From assembly GCA_048213135.1 (NCBI GenBank), contig PS015219.1:1-58790 (forward strand): DNA of 58,790 nucleotides, in the 5' to 3' direction. Under the pieces are notes generated by a model that searched no databases, was not told the origin of the DNA, and worked only from the letters and a program-made list of their open reading frames with translations. Numbering within the stretch: the first letter of the stretch is position 1; the number at the start of each line of letters is the position of its first letter. This document shows positions 27,200-39,469 of this stretch, piece after piece. The translations under genes were made by a program, and so were the position numbers. The stretch is from Reclinomonas americana ATCC 50394 (Eukaryota).

Positions 27200-28095
27200 T
27201 CATCGCACTCTCAAATCCGCTCTCACCACCTCCACCATGGCCGGCGGCAATTCCGCCACATGCGAGTACCGCGGATGACGACACACCACCCGCACCGACT
27301 GCGTGCGCTTCGCATCCAGAAACTCCTCGCGCAACTCCGGCGTGCGGAACTCAAACGACAAGAAATGCACGGCCGAGGTCCGCACCGCCGACCGCGGATC
27401 CTCAAAGTCACTCTTCAACGGCCTCGCCACCAGCTCGTTCCACGGCTTCTGTCCTCCCCCGAACTGCAGCGCAAAGTGCTCCTCCACGCCGACCAACGAG
27501 CGCAACAACACATCGCGCTTGTCCTTGTCGGCCTCCTGGAACATCCACGTCACCACTGTGGAGAAGGAGGGGTGAGAGGACTGCTGCTGGATGAGTACAA
27601 TGGCACAGGCAACATACCGAGATTGTTCCCGCCCGGCACCATCTCGCTGTACGTGGCCAGCTCGTCGCGCAGCTGCTCCACGCCGCCCTTCTCAATGTGC
27701 ACCATTTCGTGCACCTGGAACCACATTAGATCGTAGCTGCACAGCATCTCGTTGAGAAGCCTGCGGCGGGCGGTGGGGAGGGGGTGAGGAGAGGCACAGA
27801 CCACTCAAAGGCCGCCGAGGCCACCGGACCGACGCGGACTTGTCGCGACTGTCGCAATCCGATCCGCATGCGCAGAAACTCGCCACGCCGGTGCTTGGCG
27901 TACTCCTCCATCGCCATGCAGTCCTGTTCAGTCGTCAGCACCAGGCGAGGAGAGAGAGAGGGAAAGAACGTCCGAGTCGCTGACCGATTCCAACAATCGA
28001 CTGGTCGTGCTGGCGAGCGTGGAGGGCAGTCGAGGGCCACCGTTCACCATCGTCATCACGCGACGAATGCCACTGCGTACCAACGAAGCCAACAT
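27200..28095 (-). CDS. DUF3501-family protein with mitochondrial presequence-like N-terminus
   Basis: DCMAMEEYAKHR…RQVRVGPVASAAFE, WFQVHEMVHIEKGG…ELATYSEMVPGGNNL, LRSLVGVE, RTSAVHFLSFEF follow the prokaryotic DUF3501 pattern; N-terminus MLASLVRSGIRRVMT…. Confidence 0.8.
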
Positions 28096-28156
28096 TTTAT
28101 GTTTCCGCAGGACACGCGCTGTCCTCTTGGTCATCGTCGATCATTACATCGCAACC

Positions 28157-28798
28157 ATGAGCACTCGTGCAGCCTCACAGCAGTGGTGCGTTTTGACTCT
28201 CCTACACGCATGCATGTGTGTGTGCATCCATCCCGCACGCTCTCGTTTCTCTCTCTGCTGTGTCGTGTGAAGTTTTTTTGCTCGTGCACATGCACATGCG
28301 CTCCCCCCACTCACCCTCCCACCACGCAGCGTCTTTTGCGCCGAGTGCAACAACCTGCTGCGCTTCTCACTCGGCAGAGCCGGCTTTGTCGAATGCACCG
28401 TGTGTGGCCACGAGACACCGGTCGCTGGTGAGTCACTCTCACTTCTTTCACCCTCTCTCCCGGCCTCTCAATCGGTGCTGGTGGAGAGCGCAGAGTTTGA
28501 GCGACTGGTGATTGTCACGCGCTCGGCCAAGAACGAGCTGCCGTACTGGGCGCGTGAGGACTATGGCGAGGTGACGGCCGAGCAGCGCAAGTCGGAGCTC
28601 GCGCAGGTGGACGAGCCGTGCCCCGAGTGCGGCAATCCCACGCTGCTCTACTGGACCATGCAGCTGCGCAGTGCCGATGAGGGCTCCACTGTCTTTTATC
28701 AGTGCCCCGCTTGCAAGTTGCGTTCGACGTCGCTTCTTCATATCTCAGTCGCATGCTCACTCTCGCCATACAGTCACAAGTTTTCGCAAAACAACTGA
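28157..28798 (+). CDS. RPA12: RNA polymerase I subunit RPA12 (TFIIS-like Zn ribbons)
   Basis: FCAECNNLL…CTVC; CPECGN…TMQLRSADEGSTVFYQCPACNHKFSQNN*. The SADEG motif and terminal NN favour RPA12 over RPC11. Confidence 0.9.
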
Positions 28799-29033
28799 GG
28801 AGGAGAAGCAGGAGAAGAGACAGAGGTGCCCCCGCTTGCGGTCAGCGCAACACACACACACAAACGCCACGAGAACGAAGAAGATGTCGATTGTTGCCGA
28901 TCAAGCAGGGTGGCGACAGGGCAGCGCTTCATCGCGTGCGCTGGCTGGCTGGCGTAGAGCAAGACAGTCACGTCGTCGTCGCAGTAAACAACGAACGAAC
29001 GACGCTGGCAGGACGCTGCACTGTTGATCAATA

Positions 29034-29937
29034 ATGTCGGAGAAATCGCTGTTGTTGGTCTCCACCCTCCTCCTCGCGCTCTTCCTCTCCGCGTGCATTG
29101 TCGTTGCCACTGGCGACACCACCTGCTGCTACCCACCGCAGCATCGATACACACAACTCGAACAGCGCAACGTTGTGACGAGACCCTCACACTCGTCGAC
29201 TGTCTCTCTTCGCTGACTGCCTTGTGCGTGCGACAGGGAGTGCTTGGTGTGGCAGCCAAGGGCTCGTGCGAGCTCGATGCGCCCACGACCACCCCGTGCA
29301 TCATCCGCGCCGACTACAAGGCCATGCGTGTGCTGAGTGAGTGCCGACACGTCGAGGCCAAGGATGCCGAGTTCGTGTTGCATTATCTGCTCAGTGCCAC
29401 ACAGGTGCGACTCTCTCCCTCTCTTCCCCCCTGTCCCTCCAGTGCACTGACCTCGTGCGCTCTTGTTTTCAGGGTGTGCGATACCAGTACAACTCGACCG
29501 TGTGCACATGCATCACGGTGGAGGCTGATGATCCGATCTTTACGGTGCCGTGCACCTCCGTCGGTTCGCAGTCGCCGCTGCTGGTCGCTCCGCCCAGCAC
29601 ACGTGGATACCTCGTCCAGAAGTCGTCGGTGGATCCCGGCTTTCTCGAGTCGTCGTCGACGCGAATCTTGGCGCTGCTCGATGAGGCACAGCACTGTGCT
29701 CCACTCTCTGCCTTCCTGCAGGAGCACTGTTGCGTGTGTTCACACAGCGTCGCTATGCTCACTCTCTCATGCACTCACCGCCTGCGCACAGACTTGTACC
29801 CGAAAATGACCGTGGCCTCCTCCACCAGCCTGGTGTACACGGATTTTGCCAGCACCCTCACCCCGGACGACCAGCACGCGCTCAACACGCTGCCGTCGAC
29901 GTGTCCAGCACCCAGCAAGTGTCAGTCGCCCGCATGA
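29034..29937 (+). CDS. Secreted ependymin-related (EPDR-like) protein
   Basis: Signal peptide then CCYPPQ, RADYKAMRV, GVRYQYNSTVCTC, HCAPLS, VYTDF, terminal LPSTC; Cys/Pro spacing typical of ependymin-like proteins. Confidence 0.65.
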
Positions 29938-29985
29938 GAATATGCAATGCAGCTCATACACAGGCATTCATTGGCAGCTGCTGCA

Positions 29986-32900
29986 TTAGTACAGTCGAGA
30001 CAAGCGGTAGGCAAACTCCATGAGCCTTCCGCGAGTGGCCACAATGTGCACCTTGTCGCGCACCAATGCCTCTTCGTGCCCGCCCTCGGCAGCCAGACGC
30101 TGTCGCTCGGTGAGCCCAAGCAGCGCATTGACGTCGTCACGCAAGTGAGCCTGCTCGTTGTGCAGTTGTGCCGTGACCTTGTGTACTGCGGGGAACTGGC
30201 TCCAGTCGGAGAGCAGCACAAAGGCAATATGACGGAGAATGGCGTGGTGAGCGTCGCCGAATGCCTTGTCCGACGGATGCAGGTGCAGAGGCGATCCCGT
30301 CAGCGTCATGGTCTTTACACGCAGCAAATGCGCTCGCCACTGTCACAGCACGGGAGAGTGAGTTGCGCAGTGAAGAAAAGGAGGTGGGTGACTCGCACAA
30401 CAATTTTCGCCACCTCCATGGTCTCCTCATGCCAGCTCTCGACAATCGAATTGACCTTGTCGAGATGGAGACCGGCGGCCTCCAAGAAGTGGTCGGGATG
30501 GTCGGGAACCACGCGAAGTGCCGGATTGGTGACAAACTCGACCACCCTGCATGCAAGCAAGCAATCAATGACAATGATCTCTCGCATTAGAGGCTCAGTC
30601 AACGAAACTGTGAGAGGCCGTATCCACCGGAACCACGATGTGCCCAAGCCACACCACCAAACAACCGTACACGCGTATCAGCGTCGGGGTCGGCACCAAT
30701 ACGCGCCAGAACCTGCATTCGAAGAGTGAGTGCGCCATTGCAAACAGGAGTCGTGCCATGCAAATCACGCAACATCAGCGACCGAGCGCATGAGCTCAAT
30801 GAGGTCGACCGTGTCGTAATTTCCGCGACGAATCTCAAAGCCAAAGCTGCGTGCACCCACACGTGAGACGCGCAGACACACCACGCTCATAGGGAGACAC
30901 ACACATACCGATTCTTGGTACAGTAAATGTCGGACCCATGGAGACCAATGTGCTTTTGCTGGAAGCGTGCAGAGGCGAGAGGCCGCGGGCCCCGACTCGG
31001 CTTCGTCGCCAGTGCATCAATGGCATCGAGGCTGTCGGCAGCGGCAGCAAACAGCGCATCCACATCCGAGTGCGTCCACAGCGTGTTGATGTCGTCGACA
31101 ATGTTCTTCTCAAATAACCGCAGGAAGCAGTAGTCGTCCAGATGCACGAGGAAGGCCATCACTTGTTGCACGATCTCTCGCGGCGCAGCCTCCAGCGGGA
31201 ACGAAACGTAACCGTTGAATCCCGAGTCCACGATGCGGTCGCCACACGACACAGTGGCATCTTCCGCCTGCATAAAAAACACAACAGTCGTGAGCGCGCA
31301 CAACTTGGGACTGCGGAAACAAACAACCTCTCCAGAAGAGCACACACACCGACAGCATCTCACTGCCGACCTCGTCCAAGTCCACCGAGTTGCCAGACCT
31401 GTCACATCCACAAAGCAGTGTCAGGAAACAGAAATGCAAAACAGCAGCTGCTGCTGCTCTCCCCTGCCCCCACACGCAACGCTGCCATCCACGCCAGATC
31501 CGAGTCTTCGCTCTTCATTTGCCGCGACATCCACGGGAAGGCGGCTTCATCGATGCGTCGCTTCAGCAGCATCCACTTTTTCTCCACGCGAGAGAAGCGT
31601 TCTTCCAACGGCAACTTGGCCAACTCCTCAGCAGCTTCGGCCGCATCCGAGACATTGGTGAACCCCAGCATATGCTGCGACTCGCTCTCCACGGCAAACG
31701 CAAACGTCATCGCATCACTGCAATCGGCAGCCGGTGTGCTGAGCATCAACCAGCCGGGGCGAATGGCTCGCGACGGGTCGCCAGCAATGGTGGTGTCGGC
31801 GCAGGCCAGCTCTTTCCGTCGCTGCCACATAATGAGATGGTCCAGGATGCCTGCTCACGTATGAATGAGCAGAGAGGGCGAGCATAGCACCGCCGCAGCT
31901 GCTGTTCTCCTCACCTATTTCGGCAGCCGGTCCAATCAGCTCGTGCCAGTTGCCGCCCCACTCTTCCAGCGTGCGTCCATCGTCTGCCTCACATCGACGC
32001 AGCACCTCCACCAGGTTTTCGTGCCATGCAGTGCCCTCCAGCAGCTCGTGATCAGGTACGTCGAACCGCGAGAACCACGTGTCATCGCTGGCCTCCAGCA
32101 GTGGAACCCACAATCGCGGAAGCGATGGCTGGCACCCAACACACATGAGACGAGTGAAGAAGGGCGAAAACGCGAGTGACACACGCTCTACCTGGTCAAT
32201 TACAGACGCAGCGGTCTCGTCGACCAAGCGGAACTCAAACGCATGGCCCGGTTCGGAGAGGGCGGGCATGTCGCTCGCAAACAAATGGCCTGGTGCGCCC
32301 TCCGATGCCTGGAACGGATTCAACTGCGTGGCACAAGTGTCAGCGACTCGACACCAACCGAACAGAGAAATGCGGACTTACCTCCACCACATACCACTTG
32401 GCGGTGGGCACTGTCAACAAGCAGCCGGACAAGTAGGTGAGGAAGCATAAAAAATGACAACAGGTCGATGATAGCGCACCATGATAGTACAAGTCGCATG
32501 TGTACTTGCTGCACTCCGCACTCAACGTGCACAGACGATCACGCAGGTTGTCTCGGAAGAATGCACGAGCGCCCTCCGCCAACTCCTCCTTCATGTTCTG
32601 CACTTGCGGGTACGCCACCGGACCGATACCCATCGTGGCCTGCACGTACGTGTTGGTGCGACAAGCCGGCGAACAAGCAAGGGAAACTAGCGCACATACC
32701 AACTGCGACAGGCCAACCATCTCGCCGTCGACAATGAACGCACGAAACTCGAATGCCGGATCCAGGTCCACCCACTCTCGCAGAATGATACTGACCGGTA
32801 CCGGGCTCGTGCACACCTCCAGCTTGCGCTCCAACTCGGCCGCCTGCATCAACGTGTGCGTGAGAAATGAAAACGGAACATAACACATTCGAGAAAAAGC

Positions 32901-33811
32901 GCCACGGGCGAACCACTGCGACACATTCCACAGGTGTTAGTCTACGTGACTCGGCACGACGCAAGCGATAAGCCAGAAACACACACACACAAACCTCGCT
33001 CGCTCTTGCACAACAGGTGAATTACTTCGGCGCCGCTGCGGCACACCATCAGCTGCGTCTTGGCCCAGATGAGCGCCTGCAGATGCGTGTTGTTCCAACC
33101 AAACGACGCCGTCTGTCGCACACGAGTGCGGTACTGATCGAGGAAGCGCTCGTGCAGCTTGCCAGAGCGGTCGTCGCCACCCTGCACCGCATCTTTGGGG
33201 CTAAAGTCGGTCAACTTTGCAAAGCAGATCTTGCGCGGTGCAAAATGCGTGCGCAGCGCCTCGTCGATACGTGCCGCCACCTTGCGCAGCATGGCATGAT
33301 GCTCCAGAGTGGCCGCAGGCGCCTCAGGCACACGCCGCCGATGCCGATTGACTTGCAACAGTGCCGCAGCCTCCTCGGTCGACAGCGGGATCTCCACCGT
33401 GCTGCATGCGCAGTGGCGTGAGACACGTGCAAACACACGCACACCTCTCTCTCTCTGTCTGTTACACAACTCAAAAGTAAAGTCGTGGATGAGCGGCACA
33501 AAGGCGGCAGTGGAGACGCGCGAGAAGGCAGAGTTGAGCTCATCGACGGCGCCGGCGTCGAAGCGCATGGAGGAGCTTCGTGGCCGCGACAGTGACGTCA
33601 GCGAACCCGAGCTGCCTGCGCTCTTCATCACAGCGGCTGGAGGCAGAGGAGGAGGGCGGTGGTGGAGGTGCTGCACAGCGCCCAACACCGGCTCAGAGGC
33701 CGCTGGTTGCAGCAGTGCGTCGTCATCTCTCGCGGCAGTGACAGTGGCAGTGGGAGCAGCAGATGCCGCGCTGAGTGTCGCACTCAGGTCGTCCCGTGCG
33801 TGTGAGCTCAT
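29986..33811 (-). CDS. CDC123/R2K-like ATP-grasp protein with a long uncharacterised C-terminal region
   Basis: CFAKLTDFSPKDA, EVIHLLCKSER, IILREWVDLDPAFEFRAFIVDGEMVGLSQ, YTCD, WYVVE|LNPF…GHLF, FEFRL; further exons continue to the stop at 29986. Confidence 0.8.
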
Positions 33812-33855
33812 GATGCGCGTGTGTGATCGACGATGAGTCACTTCCCTTATCTTGC

Positions 33856-34519
33856 ATGAGGTTTGTGTGTGCACTGAGGCACCCTCTCCCTCCTCTCCCT
33901 TCCCTGCGTGTTCGCTAACAATCGGGGGGCGAGTTGCAGTGGCGCGGGAGGCTCCACGCGAAGAGAGCGTGTGATTGGTGTGGAGTTCACCGAGTTCCAC
34001 CCGGACGATGCGAGTGTGCCAGTGGAGGCCGTGATCACTCGCGTGGTGGACGACACGAGCAGCACCGCCACTGTGCGGCTGTTTGTGGTGGCCAGGGAGC
34101 AGGAGGGAGAGGAGGTGTTGAGTTTGGACAAGGAGGCACTTGATCGCGTCAGTGCTGCGTATTTTGAGTTGGCCAGCACGGTGAGTGTATGTGGGCCTCT
34201 CTCTCTCTCTCTACCTGGTGCTCATGCCTGACGTCTGTGTGATGTGAGTGCAGGTGGAGCGATGTGCGCGATCGCCTGATGATTTGGCGGCGGTGGTGAT
34301 GCTGGCCGACATGCTGTCGCCGCTGTGGGAGCTGGCGCATGCTGCGGAAGAAGAGGATGGGGGAGAGGATGACGAGGGTGCTGCTGCAGAGGCGGAGACA
34401 ATAACNNNNNNNNNNNNNNNNNNNNGACAACGACAACGACGACAAGAGGAGGAGGAGGAGGCTCCGCGAGCGATGGCGGTGGCGGCGGCTCACAGCGAGC
34501 CGCTGATTATAAATGGTAA
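33856..34519 (+). CDS. Hypothetical acidic protein
   Basis: Three phase-consistent exons; the end coordinate assumes the 20-N gap has zero length. Confidence 0.5.
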
Positions 34520-35262
34520 TAACGTGCCCTGTGTACTTGGTGTATGACGAGAGGCGGTGCGTGCTGCATGCGAGATAGGAGCCCGCTGCGACAGCTGCAG
34601 TGCCTGTGGCCATCGGAACGCATGCGCATATTCGAACACATGCACATTTATGGGCAAACCAAGGAACAACTGACGCCGCGTGCCGGGTACTTGCACGCCG
34701 CCCACATCCACGCCCCATGCACCGCAGAAGGCACGCGGAGGCTGTGTACTCGCAAGGCGTCCGATGATGGACGAAACCGAAAATGAGTGAGTCATTTCTC
34801 CATGTGCATGGCCACCTCCCACCAGCACGAATGCTGCTTCGCTGATATTATCTCCCCCAGAAGGGAGGAGGGGACAAGGCGATGCACGCGACATGGAGTG
34901 CTGTTCGTGGCAAAAGACCCCGATTATTGGACGGCAAAACAAATCCGAACACACACCAATCCTCGCCCAACCAGGGAGGCGCCTTTCAGCAAGGCGGATG
35001 TGACACGCCATGAACGCTACAGCACACGACACATACCCGTCGCCGAGACGAGGCACGAGAGCGAGCGATCAGGAAACTATCAATACCACGGAGTCGATTT
35101 CTGCATTTGGCAAAGAATCCCGTATTCAAGATGCGATCTGTGATCGAAAGCAAGCGTTTGCGACACCGGGTGAGCGGAGACAGTGTCAGTCGTGACCACG
35201 AGGGAAAGCAGCACACAGCAGCAAACACATTTTTGACACACATCAACTGACATTCAACCACA

Positions 35263-35745
35263 ATGGCCTCACGAATCACATTGGTGAGTGAATGTGTGAG
35301 CGAGTGCTGCAGTGCTTTCTGTGAGGCTGAATAAGAAGTGTCGTTCTCACACACACTACACAACAGCCCGTCTTCTCCGCTGCTATCTCATGCACCGCGC
35401 TGTGCTTCCAAGTCGGAGTCCTCTACCCATGGGTGAGCGCGTGAGAAGACAACACTATCTCTCTGTCTCTGATGACGCACTCACTCTCTCAGACACGCGC
35501 AGCACGAGGAGCTGAGCGAGGACTTTGAGCGACTGGAGAAGACACTGGTGGCGCGCAATCAGCACCTGGAAGAACGCCTCCTCTCCATTAGCCGTGTGGC
35601 GTTTTCTGGCAACTCCTCCTCTCCTTCCTCACACACCTCCACGGTCACCTCTGCGGCCGCTGCTGCTGGCGTGCACCATCATCACCTCAGCGCTGCTGCA
35701 GCTGCTAACTCAGCAAATGCCGCCACAGCTGCGCATGCCAAGTGA
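35263..35745 (+). CDS. Small single-TM + coiled-coil protein of the 'FQxxVLYPWH' family
   Basis: Three exons splice to MASRITLPVFSAAISCTALCFQVGVLYPWHEELSEDFERLEKTL…; the N-terminal half is missing from the ORF track. Confidence 0.75.
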
Positions 35746-35945
35746 CCAGCAGCAATGTGAGAGAAAGTGTACAGCAAAAAACGTCAGCGCGTTCAGGTTG
35801 TGAGCTTGTGTATGTGTGTGTGGTGTGTGTTTTTGAACAAGTGAAGCAAACGTGCTTGGTGTGCGACAATGTGCGTGGCGGGCAGAGGGTGATGCGTGCT
35901 CGAGCGTGCGCACATATGCATACATAGCACTGTCAATTCACAAAG

Positions 35946-36824
35946 ATGGACGCCGAGGAAGAGCAGCTGCCTGTGGCCGTGCAGTCGCTGGTGCGTCTAC
36001 TACACAATGAGTGCTGCGACTGGTGCTCACCCCCCACAGCACCGCACAGACGGGCGGCATTGTTATGGTTCCGTGGTCGGTTGTGCCGCACGTGGGGCTT
36101 CTCCGCGCTCAACTCGTGGACGGTGTGTCTGTGTTATGCGTTGTGTGTGCTTTGTGTGGTTTATCACACACGCGCGCGCGCAGAGCCCAACGCGCGGTAC
36201 TGTGCGAGACGGGAGTTGCATTGTGCGCGACACGCAATGCGCGCACTGGAGAGCGAGGGTGATGAGCAAGGCGAGGAGTCTCTCGCGCGCTTTGTCATGC
36301 GATGCTTCCTGGTGGCCGACGCCGAGGTGCTGCTGTGGCGCTGCTGTCAGCACTGTGATGACATGATGGCGGCGGCGGCTGATGTGCTGCTGGACGATGA
36401 ACCGCTGCTGACGGCGGAGAATTTGGAACTCGTTGTGCAGTTTGTCAGGCATCATCTCGATGAGCCGGTGGTGGTGCTGGAGAAGCCGCTGCGAGGGCCG
36501 TTCGAGGAGCTGGTGGCGCCGTGGGATGTGCAGTTTCTGAATCGTCCGCACGCCGATGTGATGCTGCTGGTGGTGGTGCGCTGATTATGAAGGCGCAGCG
36601 AGACAGCTGTGCGTCTTCTAAACTTGGCTGTGCCACGCAGGTGGCGAATCGTATGCAGGTCCCCACGCTGTTGGACTACGGTTCGGCCAAGATAGCGTCG
36701 TTGATGCGAGGTGTGGATTATTTTCGTGTGGGAGTGTTGTCATTCCTCCTCGCCTCACACGCGCTGTGCAGGCCAGACACCGGACCAGATACGTGCCATG
36801 TTCAACATATGCGCCGATCCGTAA
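35946..36824 (+). CDS. SKP1-like protein with Cys-rich insertion
   Basis: LELVVQFVRHH…EKPL…VAPWDVQFL…VANRMQVPTLLDYGSAKIASLMRGQTPDQIRAMFNI matches the SKP1 C-terminal domain. Confidence 0.85.
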
Positions 36825-37300
36825 TCGAGGCCTAGGGGGTAGGAGGAAGGGAGGGGAGAGAATGGAGGCGAAGTGGTGGTGCACTTGGTTGCACTTTCGA
36901 CACCGGCGCGCATGCGCACGTGTTTTCCCCCGTCGCTGTAAGAGAGCAAGAGGTGTGGCATGGTCAGTATCACTGCCTGTAATCGTGTAATTATCTGCCA
37001 ACCACCTTTATCGCTTTCGTGCCAGCTTCTTCGGCACCGTAAAAACGAGTGTGTGCGCTGTTTCCGAATATCACATTTGACCGCGACATCTTCCTCAACA
37101 GCGTCTGAGATCACTATCACCGCTATGAGTGAAGCACCAGACCGCTGGCAGCGACAGCACGATTGGCACGACTCTGATTCATCGCGATCGGAAGAAGCGA
37201 AATCATCCGATCCGCGGTGATATGATCTTCCTGCGTTTCGTACGTGTTTCTCGTGTTGCTTTTTTGTGCTTCTCGGTGGAGAACTGAAAGTCCCTTTCGA

Positions 37301-39454
37301 ATGGCACTCTCTGTTACTAGTCTCCTCGCTGCTGCGGCTCTTGTCGTCTGCTTGCTTGCGTGCTCTGTCCATGCTGGCGGACCAGCACATGGTTTGTTCG
37401 CTATCGCTTCGTGTGTACTCGTCGGCATTGTTGCTCACCGCAGCCCGTCACAGGTCGACCAGACCCACATCATGACTCGAACCTTCCAGTTGGAGGCGGC
37501 CGCTGCTCAGCGGACTCTGATTGCAACTACAACAACGGAAGTTGCGCGCGCCCCACATCACGCAGTGTGCACCGACTTGTCTCGAGCTCGTACTGATCGC
37601 CCACACTCCCCGTGCAGCTTGTGTCCGTGGCCACTGTGCATGCGGCAACGGAATGATTGTCGGTCAGTGGTGCCAGGTGAGTGTACCCATCGTGCGCTTG
37701 GTGTAGTTCTCCTGCCTAACGCATGTCGATCGATGGTTGGCAAACACAGTGCCGACCGACTCAGACCGACGGCGTGTGCAAAGAAATGCCGAAGATGTAC
37801 CTCGTCCACAACGTGTGTGTCAGTGCCGAACTGTGTGTGACGGTGACGGAGAATGAGCGACGCGGATTCCTGTCTGGAGGACAGCTGGTTTCCGACTGGA
37901 ATGAGGAAGCGTTGCGTGTCACTGATGAGAGCTTCAAGTTATTTTTCATGTATATTTCTCACCAGGCGTACAGCATGCTCTGCGTCAAATCGTCGACCAT
38001 GGGTCCGCCAGACGCTGCTCGTATGCTTGGCATGTTGCACTTGGCCATGCACGACGCCATTCAGAACGTGCCGGGTGGACAAGTTGAGTCTCGCTCACGC
38101 GTGCGATGCTCGAAGCACTCACTCACTCTTTCCTCCTCAGTACAAGAAATACAAGTACTCGCTGTCGTCTCGCGTGCCTCACGACGCCTCTCGCGAAGCT
38201 GCTTGTGCAAAGGCGGCGCGCGACTTGCTGTACCACGCATTCCCCGATCGCCAGTCGTTCCTCGATGATCGCCTCACCAAGCACCTCAGCGCATTGCGCC
38301 AGTCGGGAGCCAGCAAGGTACAATCGATGTGTGATGCTGTTTCTTCTTTCCCAGAAAACTCACCCCATGCGACAGTCGGCTGGAGTGTCTATCGGCGCAC
38401 AGATTGCCGCCACAGTCATTGCCGATCGCGCAAATGACGGCGCTTCGCTCAAGCCGCTGCCGTACGTCGTGCATCCGGAGGTGGGCTTCTACAAGCTCAC
38501 ACCGCCGGGATTCCTGCAGCCGGCGGCGCAGCAGTACGCTCACGTGCTGCCGTTCACCATGACGGCGACGGACATGTTCCGGTTGACGCCGGACTCGCCG
38601 TTCTACTCGGACGAGCTGAAGAAGCAAGCACCCTTCAATCCGACTGAATTCGTCAAGAGTGCCGCGTACACCAGCGCGTGGCAGGAAGTCAGTGCTTACG
38701 GTGGCCAAAGCAGCTCCGTGCGCACCGCCGACCAGGGGAACAGTGCGCTCTTTTGGCGCGTGGATCCGACTCCCGATCATGGCGTCATCACGCCTCCGGG
38801 TCTGCACAATGTGCAAGCGCAGCAGTTTGTGGTGGCCCACAACTGCGACCTGCAGGTACGGACAACTCTTTGCAGTTTTTTACCGCGCGAGACTTGTTTT
38901 AGCTCAGACACCCTTACTGATGCACACGCGCACAGAAAGCGGCTCGTATCTTTGCCCTGTTGAATATGGGGCTGCTCGATGGGGCCGTCATGGCGTGGGA
39001 CATGAAGGTTTGTAACATGCAGCTTGTCCTTTGTTCCTAAAAGTGTCTGAGCGCAGCGCCGTGTGCGTAGATCTACTTCAACTTTTGGCGCCCGGTGACT
39101 GGCATTCAACTGGCCAACACGGACAGCAACTCGGACACCTCGCCCGACTCCTCGTGGCAGTCGTACATTGTGACACCGAACCACGAGTCGACGCCCTCCG
39201 GTCACTCGACGTTTGCCGGCGTGGGCGCCACCGTTCTCGGCCGTTTCTTCGATGACGCGACGCCCTTCACGCAGGAGGCTGACGAATTCCCCGGCATGTG
39301 GCGTCGGTGGGGCTCACTGAACGAGGCCGCGGAGGAGGATGGCCAGTCGCGCATCTTGGGCGGTGTGCACTGGCAGTTCGACAACCAGATCGGTCTTACG
39401 TCGGGCCGTCTGCTGGCCAACTACGTCTGCGATAATTACCTGACACCGAACTGA
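37301..39454 (+). CDS. Secreted vanadium-dependent haloperoxidase-like (PAP2 superfamily) protein with Cys-rich N-domain, copy 1
   Basis: Signal peptide; CSADSDCNYNNGTCVRGHCACG; WN…PPDAAR…AMHDA; K-x6-RP (MKIYFNFWRP); TPNHESTPSGH; SRILGGVHW. Confidence 0.9.
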
Positions 39455-39469
39455 GCATGCAGCAGTATG

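Noticed and set aside
22275-28095. Bacterial contamination or operon (cysE, DUF1761, DUF3501)
   Set aside because: All carry host-style spliceosomal introns and are interleaved with eukaryote-specific genes.
34764-35143. Possible two-exon ORF in the spacer
   Set aside because: No recognisable motifs and atypical composition; cannot be supported.
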